A stretch of 34,216 bases of DNA from Candidatus Minthenecus merdequi (GCA_018064385.1 JAGHVI010000199.1:1-34216), one strand, 5' to 3'; positions 18,060 to 27,699 are shown, counted from the first letter of the stretch. Program-made: numbers and translations. Notes: a model not told the origin generated them from the letters alone.

Positions 18060-18073
18060 GATTAGTTACTCTC

Positions 18074-18556
18074 TTATTTTTTGATTTTAGAATATAGCAT
18101 TGAACCGAAGAGTGCTACGAAAGCGACACAGAACAAGGTGTATGCTGTAAATATTATCATATCTGAGAAGCGAGCCCAGAAACCTTCGTTATCAGTTCCT
18201 TCATATCCGATAATTTCAAGTCTGTCACCAGAACCGACAGACCACGAAACAACGAATATCAAGGCAAAAACTACCAGAACTACCAAAACGCGTATAGCAC
18301 GTTTAGGGGATTCTGCGAAAAGTTTTCCAAAACTGATGATTGTAAATAAGATAGTAACGACAAAAGCAATTCCAAACAAAATATATGCCCACCACAAAAA
18401 GAGGTCAGTATATGTAGAGTTTGTCAAAAACTCACCTGTGTTTGGACTTTGGAACTCAGCGTCAGGATTGCCAAGACCCAAAAAGAACATCACGACAACT
18501 ATCACAGAGACAGCAGCACACGCGATGAGCGATATTTTAGGCAGTTTCTTCAACAT
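18074..18556 (-). CDS. Hypothetical 4-TM membrane protein embedded in the exbB-exbD cluster.
   Basis: Four clear hydrophobic segments. Tightly packed between exbB and exbD. No family recognised. Confidence 0.6.
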   Translation of the reverse strand: MLKKLPKISLIACAAVSVIVVVMFFLGLGNPDAEFQSPNTGEFLTNSTYTDLFLWWAYILFGIAFVVTILFTIISFGKLFAESPKRAIRVLVVLVVFALIFVVSWSVGSGDRLEIIGYEGTDNEGFWARFSDMIIFTAYTLFCVAFVALFGSMLYSKIKK

Positions 18557-18592
18557 AACTGTATCAAATTATATAATGTGTGGTGACAAAAT

Positions 18593-19420
18593 TTATTTAG
18601 AATGCTTTACTACGATGTCAAGCAAAGAGATTGAAGAGTCTTCCATCTCATTTGTAAGAGCATCAATGCGAGAAAGAATATAGTTGTAGAATATCTGAAG
18701 AATAATTGCTACGATAAGACCGAGGACAGTTGTCAACAAAGCGACCTTGATACCACCTGCTACAACGGTTGCAGAGATATCACCAGCTTGCTGGATTTTA
18801 TCAAATGCCTCAATCATACCGATAACAGTACCCATGAAACCCAACATTGGAGCAAGTGCAATAAACAAAGAAATCCAAGAGAGGTTCTTCTCAAGGAGAC
18901 CAAGTTGAACAGAACCGTAAGAAGCAACGGTTTTTTCAACAACATCGACACCTTCTTCGTAACGAGAAAGTCCCTGATAGAAAATTGAAGCTACTGGGCC
19001 ACGAGTGTTGCGGCAAACTTCCATTGCAGCCTGAACACCGCCTTTATCCCAAGCAGAGTCAACAGCCTTGAGCAACTTGCCAGTGTTGATTGCAGAAAGA
19101 TTCAAATAAATGATACGTTCGATACAAAGAGCGAGACCGAATATTAAACAGAATACTACTGTTGCCATGAAGCCTGCGCCACCTTCGATGAATTTTGTTT
19201 TAAGTGTTTGGTGCATACCTGCCTCTTCAGTGGCTTCAACAGCCTCAGCGACTCCTTCAGCTGGTGCTTCGGCTACTTCGACAGCTTCAGCAGGTTGGTT
19301 CTCGGCAACTTGCTCGGTAGCCTCGGCTGGTGCTTCGGCAGCATCCTGAGCATTGATGTTAGTAGTCATCCCAAAAGAGAAAACAGCTACAGCAGTAAGG
19401 ACTGCAAAAATCTTTTTCAT
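18593..19420 (-). CDS. exbB: MotA/TolQ/ExbB proton channel protein with a signal peptide and an acidic Ala/Glu-rich N-terminal repeat region.
   Basis: The C-terminal half has LAPMLGFMGTVIGMIEAF, the ExbB signature. The N-terminal region reads AEAPAEATEQVAENQPAEAVEVAEAPAEGVAEAVEATEEAG. Confidence 0.85.
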   Translation of the reverse strand: MKKIFAVLTAVAVFSFGMTTNINAQDAAEAPAEATEQVAENQPAEAVEVAEAPAEGVAEAVEATEEAGMHQTLKTKFIEGGAGFMATVVFCLIFGLALCIERIIYLNLSAINTGKLLKAVDSAWDKGGVQAAMEVCRNTRGPVASIFYQGLSRYEEGVDVVEKTVASYGSVQLGLLEKNLSWISLFIALAPMLGFMGTVIGMIEAFDKIQQAGDISATVVAGGIKVALLTTVLGLIVAIILQIFYNYILSRIDALTNEMEDSSISLLDIVVKHSK

Positions 19421-19464
19421 TTTTTCTTTTCTATTTTATGAGTTAATATTTTATTTCAATTTTG

Positions 19465-19552
19465 CGGAGAGAAGGGGATTCGAACCCCTGATACGCTTTT
19501 GACGTATACACGCTTTCCAGGCGTGCCTCTTCAACCACTCGAGCATCTCTCC
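19465..19552 (-). tRNA. tRNA-Ser (anticodon GGA), 88 nt with a long variable arm. CCA is not encoded.
   Basis: The reverse complement folds by hand: acceptor GGAGAGA/TCTCTCC, anticodon stem CACGC/GCGTG with loop CTGGAAA, T arm AGGGG-TTCGAAT-CCCCT. Confidence 0.9.
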
Positions 19553-19739
19553 AAAACAAGTTTTTATTCCTAAAAAACGAGTCCTTCAAAAGCGAACGCA
19601 AGTTAGTAAAAAATAATGGATTACGAACGCATTTCCTGATTTTTTTTTCAACACATTTTTTACAGCAAAAATGTTTTGATTTTCAGAGTGAAAGATAAGT
19701 TCCAGCACAATTAAATTTCTGAGTTACGCACTTTTCGAG

Positions 19740-20513
19740 TCAAATATTGAATGTTTTATGGGCGTTGGACGTCGTGATTTCGTCTATACTCTCTGCATTT
19801 TCGTCAAAAATGTCTGCCAACTTATCAACCACAAACTTCATATACGATGGTTCATTTCGCATGCCACGATAAGGTACTGGAGGAAGGTATGGATCATCCG
19901 TTTCTGTCAGAATATAGTCCAACCCAATTTCTTTTACGATGTTAGGCAAATTTGAATTTTTATAGGTCAACACACCTCCGATTCCGAGACTAAATCCGAG
20001 ACTTACCGCTTTCCGAGCCTCTTCAATTCCTCCTCCAAAACAGTGAAAAACTCCTTTGAAATGATTATGACGCAGCGAACTGAGTTCTTCAAAAATTTCG
20101 GCATAGGCCTTACGGATATGCAAGATAACAGGAAGGTCGAGTTCAAGAGCCCATTTCATTTGCTCTTTGAATGCCAATTTCTGCTCATCAATATAGGTCT
20201 TGTCCCAATAGAGGTCAATTCCTATTTCTCCTATAGCACAATATCTTGCAGTCGCGTAGTTGGCATAAAAATCCTCTTTGATACTCTTCAAATCCTCTCT
20301 CCATCCATCTCGAATTTCAGTGGGATGAAGTCCCATTGCACAGACTGTAAAATCGGGGTATCGTTCAACAGTCTCGCGCATTTGCTTGACAGTTGACAAA
20401 TCAACATTTGGTAGAATCAGTTGCGTTATTCCTACCTCTTTTGCTCGGAGTATTGCCTGTTCTCTGTCATTGTCAAAAGCAGGGTCGTATATATGTGAAT
20501 GAGTATCTATCAC
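19740..20513 (-). CDS. tatD: TatD family metal-dependent hydrolase/DNase.
   Basis: (M)IDTHSHIYD, EIGLD, HCF and ETDxPYL motifs. The start was moved to the GTG at 20513, which overlaps the upstream TGA as GTGA. The ORF-track extension to 20591 lies inside the upstream gene. Confidence 0.8.
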   Translation of the reverse strand: MIDTHSHIYDPAFDNDREQAILRAKEVGITQLILPNVDLSTVKQMRETVERYPDFTVCAMGLHPTEIRDGWREDLKSIKEDFYANYATARYCAIGEIGIDLYWDKTYIDEQKLAFKEQMKWALELDLPVILHIRKAYAEIFEELSSLRHNHFKGVFHCFGGGIEEARKAVSLGFSLGIGGVLTYKNSNLPNIVKEIGLDYILTETDDPYLPPVPYRGMRNEPSYMKFVVDKLADIFDENAESIDEITTSNAHKTFNI

Positions 20514-21217
20514 TGCAGTTGTGAGAGTTTGCCTATATCGGCAAGTTGCAATCCATCTTGTTCGTAGCCGAAGATTGCTTCGGTGCGGCATACGGATAGA
20601 TAGAAATCTATTATTGAAAATTTTTCGTCAAGATTTGTCATCAGTTTTCCTATCCTTGTGTCAATGATGTGGATACCCCCGAAAGCGCGTTTTTTGCAGT
20701 TCTTTGGGTCAAGGTCAGGGTATGGGGATTTGACATCGCCTGTTGTAACGTTTGTCCATCCTACCAATTTCATATCATCATCAAAAAGTAGATACCGTGA
20801 TGTTTCCCTATCGTTTACCAATAGTGTTGCAAGCGAGTCTCTTCGGTGCGCTTGTTGCATTTTTCCAATATCAAGGTTACTAATAATGTCAACGTTGTGA
20901 ACCAGGAATGGTTCCATTCCCAAAAGATTGTGAAGATAGGCGTGACGTATGGCTCCTCCTGTATCGCGCAGAAGGTCTCGTTCGTCTGATATAGAAAACG
21001 AGGTATGGTCAGCGCGTGCGTTTATGTAATCAACTATCTGTTCACCAAAGTGGTGGATATTGACAATAAACTCATTGATACCCTGTTTCTTCAGTTGGTC
21101 AATGACTATTTCTATCATTGGACGACCCTGATAATTCACAAGGGCTTTGGGGCGTGTGTCTGTCAACGGTTTGAGTCTTGTGCCGAGTCCAGCAGCAAAT
21201 ATGAACCCTTTCATCAC
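20510..21217 (-). CDS. Sugar-phosphate nucleotidyltransferase (MurU-like N-acetylmuramate-1-phosphate uridylyltransferase candidate).
   Basis: N-terminal GFIFAAGLGTRLKPLTDTRPKALV (GxGTRLxPLT). The ORF is 235 aa and lies 8 nt downstream of the AmgK-like kinase gene. Confidence 0.7.
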   Translation of the reverse strand: MMKGFIFAAGLGTRLKPLTDTRPKALVNYQGRPMIEIVIDQLKKQGINEFIVNIHHFGEQIVDYINARADHTSFSISDERDLLRDTGGAIRHAYLHNLLGMEPFLVHNVDIISNLDIGKMQQAHRRDSLATLLVNDRETSRYLLFDDDMKLVGWTNVTTGDVKSPYPDLDPKNCKKRAFGGIHIIDTRIGKLMTNLDEKFSIIDFYLSVCRTEAIFGYEQDGLQLADIGKLSQLQ

Positions 21218-21225
21218 CAGCAGTT

Positions 21226-22635
21226 TTATTGTGGGTTGATTTCCCTATGTTCAACCTTTACGATAATATCAAATTTCTTGCGTAGATGTTCGCCCAAGTG
21301 TTCAGCGCAATAAACTGAACGGTGTTGACCTCCAGTACAACCAAAAGCCACCATCATATTGGAGAACTGACGTTCGATGAATTTTTGAACATGAGCGTCA
21401 ACCATTGAGTATGCATTATCCAAAAAGGTAATGACTCCACCGTCATCTTCCAGAAATTTTATCACCTCGTTATCCAATCCGGTAAAATGTTTATAATGTT
21501 CGTATTTACCAGGATTATTGATAGCTCGGCAATCGAAGACGAAACCACCACCATTACCAGTTGTATCATTAGGTATTCCTTTTTTGTATGCAAAACTGAA
21601 AACACGGACTTCCAGTTTTTTCTTTTCGGCCATATCACCAAACTGTTTCATCTGTGTCAGTTCGCTGAGCATTTCGTTCAGATATGGATATTCGGTGAAT
21701 GGGGTTTTCAGTAGATTACGAAGGTTGTCAATGGCGTATGGTACACTTTGCAAAAAGTGCGGTTTTTTCTCAAAATACCCTCTGAATCCATACGCACCGA
21801 GGACTTGCAGCGTGCGGAAAAGTACAAAATGGCGAAGTTGCTGCTTGAAATACGCATAATCCACAGGCATATAACGTTTGAGCGAGTCAAGGTAGGTGTC
21901 AACAAGTTCCTCGCGCAACTCTTCACCATAGTTTGCTTTTGCCTGCCAGACAAACGAGGCGACATCGTAAAAGATAGGTCCTTTGCGTCCACCTTGAAAG
22001 TCTATGAAATAAGGTTCTCCGTCACGAATCATAACGTTACGAGACTGAAAATCGCGATACATAAATGTAGCTGAGGTAGAACGCATGAGTATATTGCTCA
22101 TCTTCTCGAAATCGTCTTCAAGTTTTGTCTCAGAGAAATCAAGGCCTGTAGCCTTCAGAAAGCAGTACTTGAAATAATTCAAGTCAAAAGATATCATCCG
22201 TTTATCGAACTCAGGTTGTGGATAGCAAACCGAGAAATCCATACCTTCAGCACCCCGGAATTGTAAATCAGGCAAAAGAGCAACTGTTTTTTTGAGCAAA
22301 ACTTTCTCCTCGTCATTGAATTTACCACATTTGCGACCTTGCTCTGTTGCTTTGAAGAGTATATCATCTCCAAGATCCTCTTGAATATAAAAAGTCCAGT
22401 CATCACTTACATCATAAACTTTAGGTACGTTCAAGCCCTTAGACTGGAAATGTTTAGCAATCGTAACAAAAGCCTTGTTTTCATCAATCGATGTTCCTTT
22501 AACCCCGATAAGCGTTTGACCGTCAATTCCCACCAAGCGGAAGTACCTTCGGTTGGAACCTGACGATGGAAGTTCCTCAATACTTAATGGTAAAGTACCT
22601 CTACATTTTTGGAACAATTGTCTGAGTTCTTCCAT
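21226..22635 (-). CDS. Fusion protein: an AmgK-like (APH-fold) sugar kinase domain plus a RapZ C-terminal-like domain.
   Basis: The kinase motifs are YRDFQSRNVMI and YFIDFQGG. The C-terminal ~130 aa contain FAYKKGIP, FVFDCRAINNPG and GCTGGQHRSVYCAEHL, matching the RapZ C-terminal domain (GCTGGKHRSV). The RapZ P-loop domain is absent. Confidence 0.7.
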   Translation of the reverse strand: MEELRQLFQKCRGTLPLSIEELPSSGSNRRYFRLVGIDGQTLIGVKGTSIDENKAFVTIAKHFQSKGLNVPKVYDVSDDWTFYIQEDLGDDILFKATEQGRKCGKFNDEEKVLLKKTVALLPDLQFRGAEGMDFSVCYPQPEFDKRMISFDLNYFKYCFLKATGLDFSETKLEDDFEKMSNILMRSTSATFMYRDFQSRNVMIRDGEPYFIDFQGGRKGPIFYDVASFVWQAKANYGEELREELVDTYLDSLKRYMPVDYAYFKQQLRHFVLFRTLQVLGAYGFRGYFEKKPHFLQSVPYAIDNLRNLLKTPFTEYPYLNEMLSELTQMKQFGDMAEKKKLEVRVFSFAYKKGIPNDTTGNGGGFVFDCRAINNPGKYEHYKHFTGLDNEVIKFLEDDGGVITFLDNAYSMVDAHVQKFIERQFSNMMVAFGCTGGQHRSVYCAEHLGEHLRKKFDIIVKVEHREINPQ

Positions 22636-23069
22636 TATTTTTGTTTCAAGAGGTTAGTTTCGATTGCTTTTTGCAGAGTTTCTTTTGGCAAAAGTCCTTT
22701 GCTAATGCTTGGCTTGCCATTTTTAGGACAGAACAACAAAGTCGGAATGCTCTGTATTCCGAAAGCACCTGCCAACTCGCGTTCAGTCTCTGTGTTGACT
22801 TTGTATATGATGATTTTGCCTTTGTACTCCTGTTGAAGTTCCTCAAGAATAGGAGCAAGGCGTTTGCAAGGTCCACACCAAGAGGCATAGAAATCAACAA
22901 TGCAAGGCAACTTTCCTTCGTATTTCCACTCGTTTGGATTAGCCTCATAATTCCAAACTTTCTCCAAAAATTCGGCTTTTGTAATGTGTTTAATTTGTAC
23001 CTTCTGTTCCTGTGCATAAGAGAGGAGGAATGAGGTCATTACGATTAGTGATAAGAGAATCTTTTTCAT
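22635..23069 (-). CDS. Exported thioredoxin family protein.
   Basis: Signal peptide, WCGPCK active site and a thioredoxin fold length of 144 aa. Confidence 0.85.
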   Translation of the reverse strand: MKKILLSLIVMTSFLLSYAQEQKVQIKHITKAEFLEKVWNYEANPNEWKYEGKLPCIVDFYASWCGPCKRLAPILEELQQEYKGKIIIYKVNTETERELAGAFGIQSIPTLLFCPKNGKPSISKGLLPKETLQKAIETNLLKQK

Positions 23070-23072
23070 ATT

Positions 23073-24680
23073 TTATTTCAATAAAGACTTGTATTCGCTA
23101 TCGTTGTTAATAAGTTCTACAGCCTTGTCAATCCAAATATCGTGGCGAAGACCGATTTCAAAGGCGCCCCATTCATAATAGTATCTTTTTACTATTTCGG
23201 AAGCGAGGTTCTGTTTGATTTCCTCTGCGAAAAGTTTTAGGTCACGTTCAACATTTGGCTTGAGTGCATCCTGCATTAAACGGAAAGCTTCTGCTGAAAT
23301 TTCCTTGTAACCCTCCTGTTCAACCATATCTTGAAGATTTTTCAGGTATTTCTCGCTTTGCAAAGTGTATGAGAAATTATTATCAACCACAAACTTGCAA
23401 AAATCATCATACATCTCGTCCGTTATAACAAACTGGTCTAAAGGGGCAATTGTTGGATGTGTTGATTGAAAAGTATTAGCATATTTGAAATACATATTGC
23501 TAACAAACATATAGTCAGCGATTGTTATTTTGACTCCGTCAATAATCATACTATCAGGAGTTATACCACAACCATCTTCAATTTCACGACCATTGCGTGT
23601 TTTATATGTCTTGCGTAAAGTACTATCAATACGTTGAATACAACGACCTGAAGGCAGGTAGTATTTTGCCACTGTCATCTTCATATAATTGTCGTGTGGT
23701 AATTCTCTGATATTCTGAACAACTCCTTTTCCGAAGCTTTGTTCACCCATAATTACTGCCCGATCAAGGTCTTGAAGCGAACCAGCGAGAATTTCAGAAG
23801 ATGAGGCAGTGTTTTCATCGACAAGAACCATCAACTTCATATCTGGGTAAAGAGGTGCAGATTGTGTATGGTAGGTACGCATATTGCTGTCGTGATTACC
23901 TCGCATTTCAACAATTTTTGTATCCAGTGGGACAAAAAGCGAGACAATATCAACTGCCTGGTCAACAATACCACCTCCATTACCGCGAAGGTCAATAATC
24001 AGTGACTCTATCTGTTTGTTTTGAACCAATTCGTTGAGTGCTTTTTTGAACTCATACGCTGTTCGGTCGATAAAGTCCTCGATACGTATATAACCCACTT
24101 TCGGAGCTATTTCAGACCAATATGTTATTGTAGGCATCTTGATAGACTCGCGTTCAAATGTAAAAGAAAGTGGCTTCTTCTGACCTATTCGTTCAACCTT
24201 GACATTTATTGTCGTACCCGGTTTACCACGAAGCATTTGGCTGACCTCGTCGAGTTTCAATTTCAAACAATCTTTTCCATCTATTTCCAAAATCCGGTCA
24301 CCAGCTTTTATTCCTGCTCTTGCAGCAGGTTTTCCTTCGTATGGTTGAGAGAAATAAGGTTTGTTATCCATCAAGGTTATGATTGAACCCACACCACCAT
24401 ACTGACCTGATTTCAAACGTTTGAGAAATTCTTCGTCATCCGAAGGTATATATTGCGTGTAAGGATCCAGGCTGTAAAGCATATGACCAAGTGACTCTTT
24501 TATGAGTTTTCTGTGGTTCAAAGTATCAACATAACCTGACTCAAGTTCACGGAGAACAGAACAATAGATGTCAATATGTTCAGTGAGTTTGTCTGCAGAG
24601 TTAGTCTTTGTTGTATAAACCTGAGCCATCGCTGTCAGGTGTGCGACAAATGCTAAAAATATGAAGAGAATGCGTTTCAT
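23073..24680 (-). CDS. S41 family C-terminal processing peptidase with a PDZ domain.
   Basis: Signal peptide. PDZ-like PAARAGIKAGDRILEIDG. DLRGNGGG and SASSSEILAG (catalytic Ser region) plus FGKG are present. Confidence 0.85.
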   Translation of the reverse strand: MKRILFIFLAFVAHLTAMAQVYTTKTNSADKLTEHIDIYCSVLRELESGYVDTLNHRKLIKESLGHMLYSLDPYTQYIPSDDEEFLKRLKSGQYGGVGSIITLMDNKPYFSQPYEGKPAARAGIKAGDRILEIDGKDCLKLKLDEVSQMLRGKPGTTINVKVERIGQKKPLSFTFERESIKMPTITYWSEIAPKVGYIRIEDFIDRTAYEFKKALNELVQNKQIESLIIDLRGNGGGIVDQAVDIVSLFVPLDTKIVEMRGNHDSNMRTYHTQSAPLYPDMKLMVLVDENTASSSEILAGSLQDLDRAVIMGEQSFGKGVVQNIRELPHDNYMKMTVAKYYLPSGRCIQRIDSTLRKTYKTRNGREIEDGCGITPDSMIIDGVKITIADYMFVSNMYFKYANTFQSTHPTIAPLDQFVITDEMYDDFCKFVVDNNFSYTLQSEKYLKNLQDMVEQEGYKEISAEAFRLMQDALKPNVERDLKLFAEEIKQNLASEIVKRYYYEWGAFEIGLRHDIWIDKAVELINNDSEYKSLLK

Positions 24681-24766
24681 AAAAACTTATGGTTATTTAT
24701 GTCTTTTAGAAAAACGATTATTCGTTGTAGTCTTATTTTGCTTTATCAAACGTGAATTTATAGAAC

Positions 24767-25519
24767 TCACCTTAACAAAGTATCGTATGCCTCTTTGACC
24801 TTACGGAACTTTTCTGTTGCTATTTTCTTAGCTGACTCTCCGAGTGTTGCGACTTTGTCTGGGTGATACTTCATAGCCATTTTCCGATACGCCTTTTTAA
24901 TTTCGTCTTGCGATGCATTGGGTTGGATTTCAAGAATATCGTAAGCCCATTTCTTGTTATCCTCGCGTGGCTTGAACATTGCTTCGATTGATTTCAGGTC
25001 GTCAAACGAGATAAACATACCTGCACCAATCTGCTCAATAACTTTAACTTCGCTATCATCAATCTGTCCATCAGCAGAGGCAATCGAAAAAAGAAGATGT
25101 ATCAAGTGTATGCGTGTACTATAGTTCATATTCTCGCCACACTGACGAGAAACGGCGATGACATCAATGTGTTGTTCGAGAATTTGTTTAAGACAATGCA
25201 GAGCCTCTGTGGCTGTCTCATCGTCATAATTTTGAGCAAGAAATCTCTTGACGACATCCAATTCTGACCTTTTTATTGTGCCATCAGCCTTCATAACTGC
25301 TGCGAACAAGACAAGAAATGCCATACGGAAGTCATTAGTTGTCTGTTCGCGCGAGTATTTGCGAGAAGCACAACCTTCAGTGTTAAAATTATCGTCACCG
25401 ATAAAATACTTGGATGCTCCATCAATTGAATTGGCAATAATAATTCCTATTATTGCGCCAATAGATCCTCCAATAGTAAAACCAAGTCCACCCAAAATTA
25501 TTTTGTTCAGCCAGCCCAT
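24767..25519 (-). CDS. DjlA-like co-chaperone: N-terminal TM segment, TerB-like domain and a C-terminal J domain.
   Basis: The C-terminal [30 protein letters not shown] carries the HPD J-domain motif. The N-terminal segment is glycine-rich and membrane-spanning. Confidence 0.75.
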   Translation of the reverse strand: MGWLNKIILGGLGFTIGGSIGAIIGIIIANSIDGASKYFIGDDNFNTEGCASRKYSREQTTNDFRMAFLVLFAAVMKADGTIKRSELDVVKRFLAQNYDDETATEALHCLKQILEQHIDVIAVSRQCGENMNYSTRIHLIHLLFSIASADGQIDDSEVKVIEQIGAGMFISFDDLKSIEAMFKPREDNKKWAYDILEIQPNASQDEIKKAYRKMAMKYHPDKVATLGESAKKIATEKFRKVKEAYDTLLR

Positions 25520-25528
25520 AGAGAAAGT

Positions 25529-26236
25529 TTAATTATGGACTAATGTGCCGATATTTTCACCGCTTACGACTTTCATCAAATTACCGACAGTGTCCATATC
25601 AAAAACAATAATCGGGAGGTTATTCTCTTTACACATTGTTGTAGCAGTCAGATCCATAACCTTCAGACCCCGCTTGTAAATCTCATCGTAGGTAATCTCA
25701 TCGAACTTGGTTGCAGTAGGGTCTTTTTCTGGGTCAGCGGTATATATTCCATCGACGCGTGTACCTTTCAGCATCACGTCAGCCTTAATCTCTATTCCTC
25801 GGAGGGAAGACCCTGTGTCGGTGGTGAAATATGGATTACCAGTGCCAGCCGAGAAAATTGTCACTTCGCCTCGTTCCAGAGTCTCAATAGCTTTATCACG
25901 TGTATAAAACTCGCCAATAGGTTCCATTCTTACAGCTGTCAGCACACGAGCCTTAACACCCTCATTGTCAAGTGCTGATGCAAGAGCAAGAGAATTAATT
26001 ACAGTAGCAAGCATACCCATTTGGTCACCTTTTACCCGATCAAAACCACGACCAGCGCCGCTCAGTCCACGGAAAATATTACCTCCACCGATAACGATAC
26101 CGACCTGTACACCTCTGCGTACAATTTCAGAAATCTGTTTAGCATACTCGCCAAGACGCTTATCGTCTATGCCGTATTTCTGTTCACCCATCAGCGACTC
26201 TCCGCTGAGTTTCAGAAGAACTCTTTTGAATTTCAT
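25529..26236 (-). CDS. pyrH: UMP kinase.
   Basis: [23 protein letters not shown] and the overall length (235 aa). Confidence 0.9.
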   Translation of the reverse strand: MKFKRVLLKLSGESLMGEQKYGIDDKRLGEYAKQISEIVRRGVQVGIVIGGGNIFRGLSGAGRGFDRVKGDQMGMLATVINSLALASALDNEGVKARVLTAVRMEPIGEFYTRDKAIETLERGEVTIFSAGTGNPYFTTDTGSSLRGIEIKADVMLKGTRVDGIYTADPEKDPTATKFDEITYDEIYKRGLKVMDLTATTMCKENNLPIIVFDMDTVGNLMKVVSGENIGTLVHN

Positions 26237-26248
26237 TAGATTATTTTT

Positions 26249-26965
26249 TTAACACCACCTTCGCAAAGTGATGGACATTATTATATAAAGCAGTATCACA
26301 AACACGAGCCCAGACTCGTGGAAAACGATTAAGAATAATAGAGATAAAGCAAGGAAAACGAACCTCACCCAATTTTCTCTGAATCTAAAATTATGAAACT
26401 TCAGCGAAAACATTGGAATCTCTGATACCAAAAGCAATGATGTAAGAACCACCAACGCAAGAATTGTCCAACATAAAATCATTAGGATGTCAAAATCTCT
26501 ACATATCAGAGAACATAAAAACAGACTCCAATCATTAAAAGACTGGAGATTGGCAAGACCGAGCCAAAACAAGGCATTTGCAGGTGTTGCCAATCCTAAG
26601 AACGATGATGTTTGACGAGAATCTATGTTGAATTTTGCCAATCTTAATGCAGAAAACAGAGTTATCAAAAAGCCAAAGTAAGGAATGAAAATAAATACAG
26701 AAGCAAGTGGAGAGAGAAGACGAAAAGCCACAATACCGGGTACAAGACCGAAAGTAATCATATCAGCAAGTGAATCAAGTTCTTTGCCCATAGGCGACTG
26801 GACTTTCAGCAACCGAGCAGAAGCACCATCGCAGAAATCAAACAATGCTCCACAAACTACAAAAAGCAAAGCCAAGCGGAAATCATAGTTATACGCAAAG
26901 ATAGCGGCAATAATTCCGCACATTTGGTTGGATAGGGTAATGATATTAGGGATATGTTTTTTCAT
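26249..26965 (-). CDS. pssA: CDP-alcohol phosphatidyltransferase, probably CDP-diacylglycerol--serine O-phosphatidyltransferase.
   Basis: DFCDGASARLL...GKELDSLADMITFG matches the D-x2-DG-x2-AR...G-x3-D-x3-D motif. The start was set at MKKHIPNIITLSN, whose ATG overlaps the upstream TGA as ATGA. Confidence 0.7.
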   Translation of the reverse strand: MKKHIPNIITLSNQMCGIIAAIFAYNYDFRLALLFVVCGALFDFCDGASARLLKVQSPMGKELDSLADMITFGLVPGIVAFRLLSPLASVFIFIPYFGFLITLFSALRLAKFNIDSRQTSSFLGLATPANALFWLGLANLQSFNDWSLFLCSLICRDFDILMILCWTILALVVLTSLLLVSEIPMFSLKFHNFRFRENWVRFVFLALSLLFLIVFHESGLVFVILLYIIMSITLRRWC

Positions 26966-27699
26966 AATTGTTTGCAATGAAGAACCCAAGCAGTGAGATT
27001 TTCTTCCTTAATAAAATCAGCGGCTTCATTGTAGGAAACAAATCTTGCAGCACAAATGCGAAAATGGCCATCACGTTCAATGATTTCCATTGAGTCGCAG
27101 CCTGTTTTGTTTACAATCCAATTGACAGCATCCTCGCGTGAGTTCAGCGAAGAAATGATTACACAATAATCTTTTGGTTCGGTTTCTTCGATAATTTCGA
27201 TTTCGGAGACCTCTTTTTCGGTATTAGCAAAAAATTCTGGAATCAAGCGAGCTTCAACAACGTGGTTGTCCGAAACATTGTTAACGGGGACAGTCAGGTT
27301 AATGAAAAAAGCAAATGCCACAGCTGCGGCATATTTACCAAAACTGGCGAACAGGTTTTGGTGATGAATTTCTTCAACAGGTATTATGGAGAATCCATAA
27401 TTGGCAGGGAGTTGACTACTCCACCCTATCAGAGCATTAACATCGAGTTCTTTAGTCGACTCTTCAACCAAATTAACCGCATCCTCGAATTTAATTCTCA
27501 GGTCACGCATCACCAGCTCTGCAAGCGCATTATCTCTGCATTGTGTATTTTCAGCAAAGACAACAAAGTCACCAGGTGGAAGAATTGACGACTCCATCAA
27601 GTAAGCATTTTTATGTTCGAGGCGGAAAGTTCCCACTCCCGGTACATTCGCCATGCCGTATCTCGACAAAAGTTGAACTATGTATTTATTTATATTCAT
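26962..27699 (-). CDS. HU-like (HU-CCDC81) and SPOR domain-containing protein.
   Basis: N-terminal LLSRYGMANVPGVGTFRLEH is typical of the Bacteroidota HU-CCDC81 domain. The C-terminal ~70 aa are SPOR-like. Confidence 0.6.
   Translation of the reverse strand: MNINKYIVQLLSRYGMANVPGVGTFRLEHKNAYLMESSILPPGDFVVFAENTQCRDNALAELVMRDLRIKFEDAVNLVEESTKELDVNALIGWSSQLPANYGFSIIPVEEIHHQNLFASFGKYAAAVAFAFFINLTVPVNNVSDNHVVEARLIPEFFANTEKEVSEIEIIEETEPKDYCVIISSLNSREDAVNWIVNKTGCDSMEIIERDGHFRICAARFVSYNEAADFIKEENLTAWVLHCKQL

Noticed and set aside
19653-19674. Hairpin ACATTTTT-TACAGC-AAAAATGT downstream of tatD, considered as a terminator.
   Set aside because: The stem is 8 bp with 7 A-T pairs and only one G-C pair, so it is weak. 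The U-tract lies on the wrong strand for tatD. Not reported as a feature.
1156-25532. Numerous 60-200-aa ORFs antisense to, or out of frame within, the long genes. Examples: 1156..1533-, 2803..3309-, 5219..5728-, 5993..6424-, 11816..12187+, 15739..16254+, 18081..18683+, 20043..20396+, 22641..23033+, 24021..24386+ and 25248..25532+.
   Set aside because: They lie entirely inside well-supported CDSs with recognisable family motifs. Their translations are low-complexity or Cys/Arg/Ser-rich, typical of shadow ORFs.
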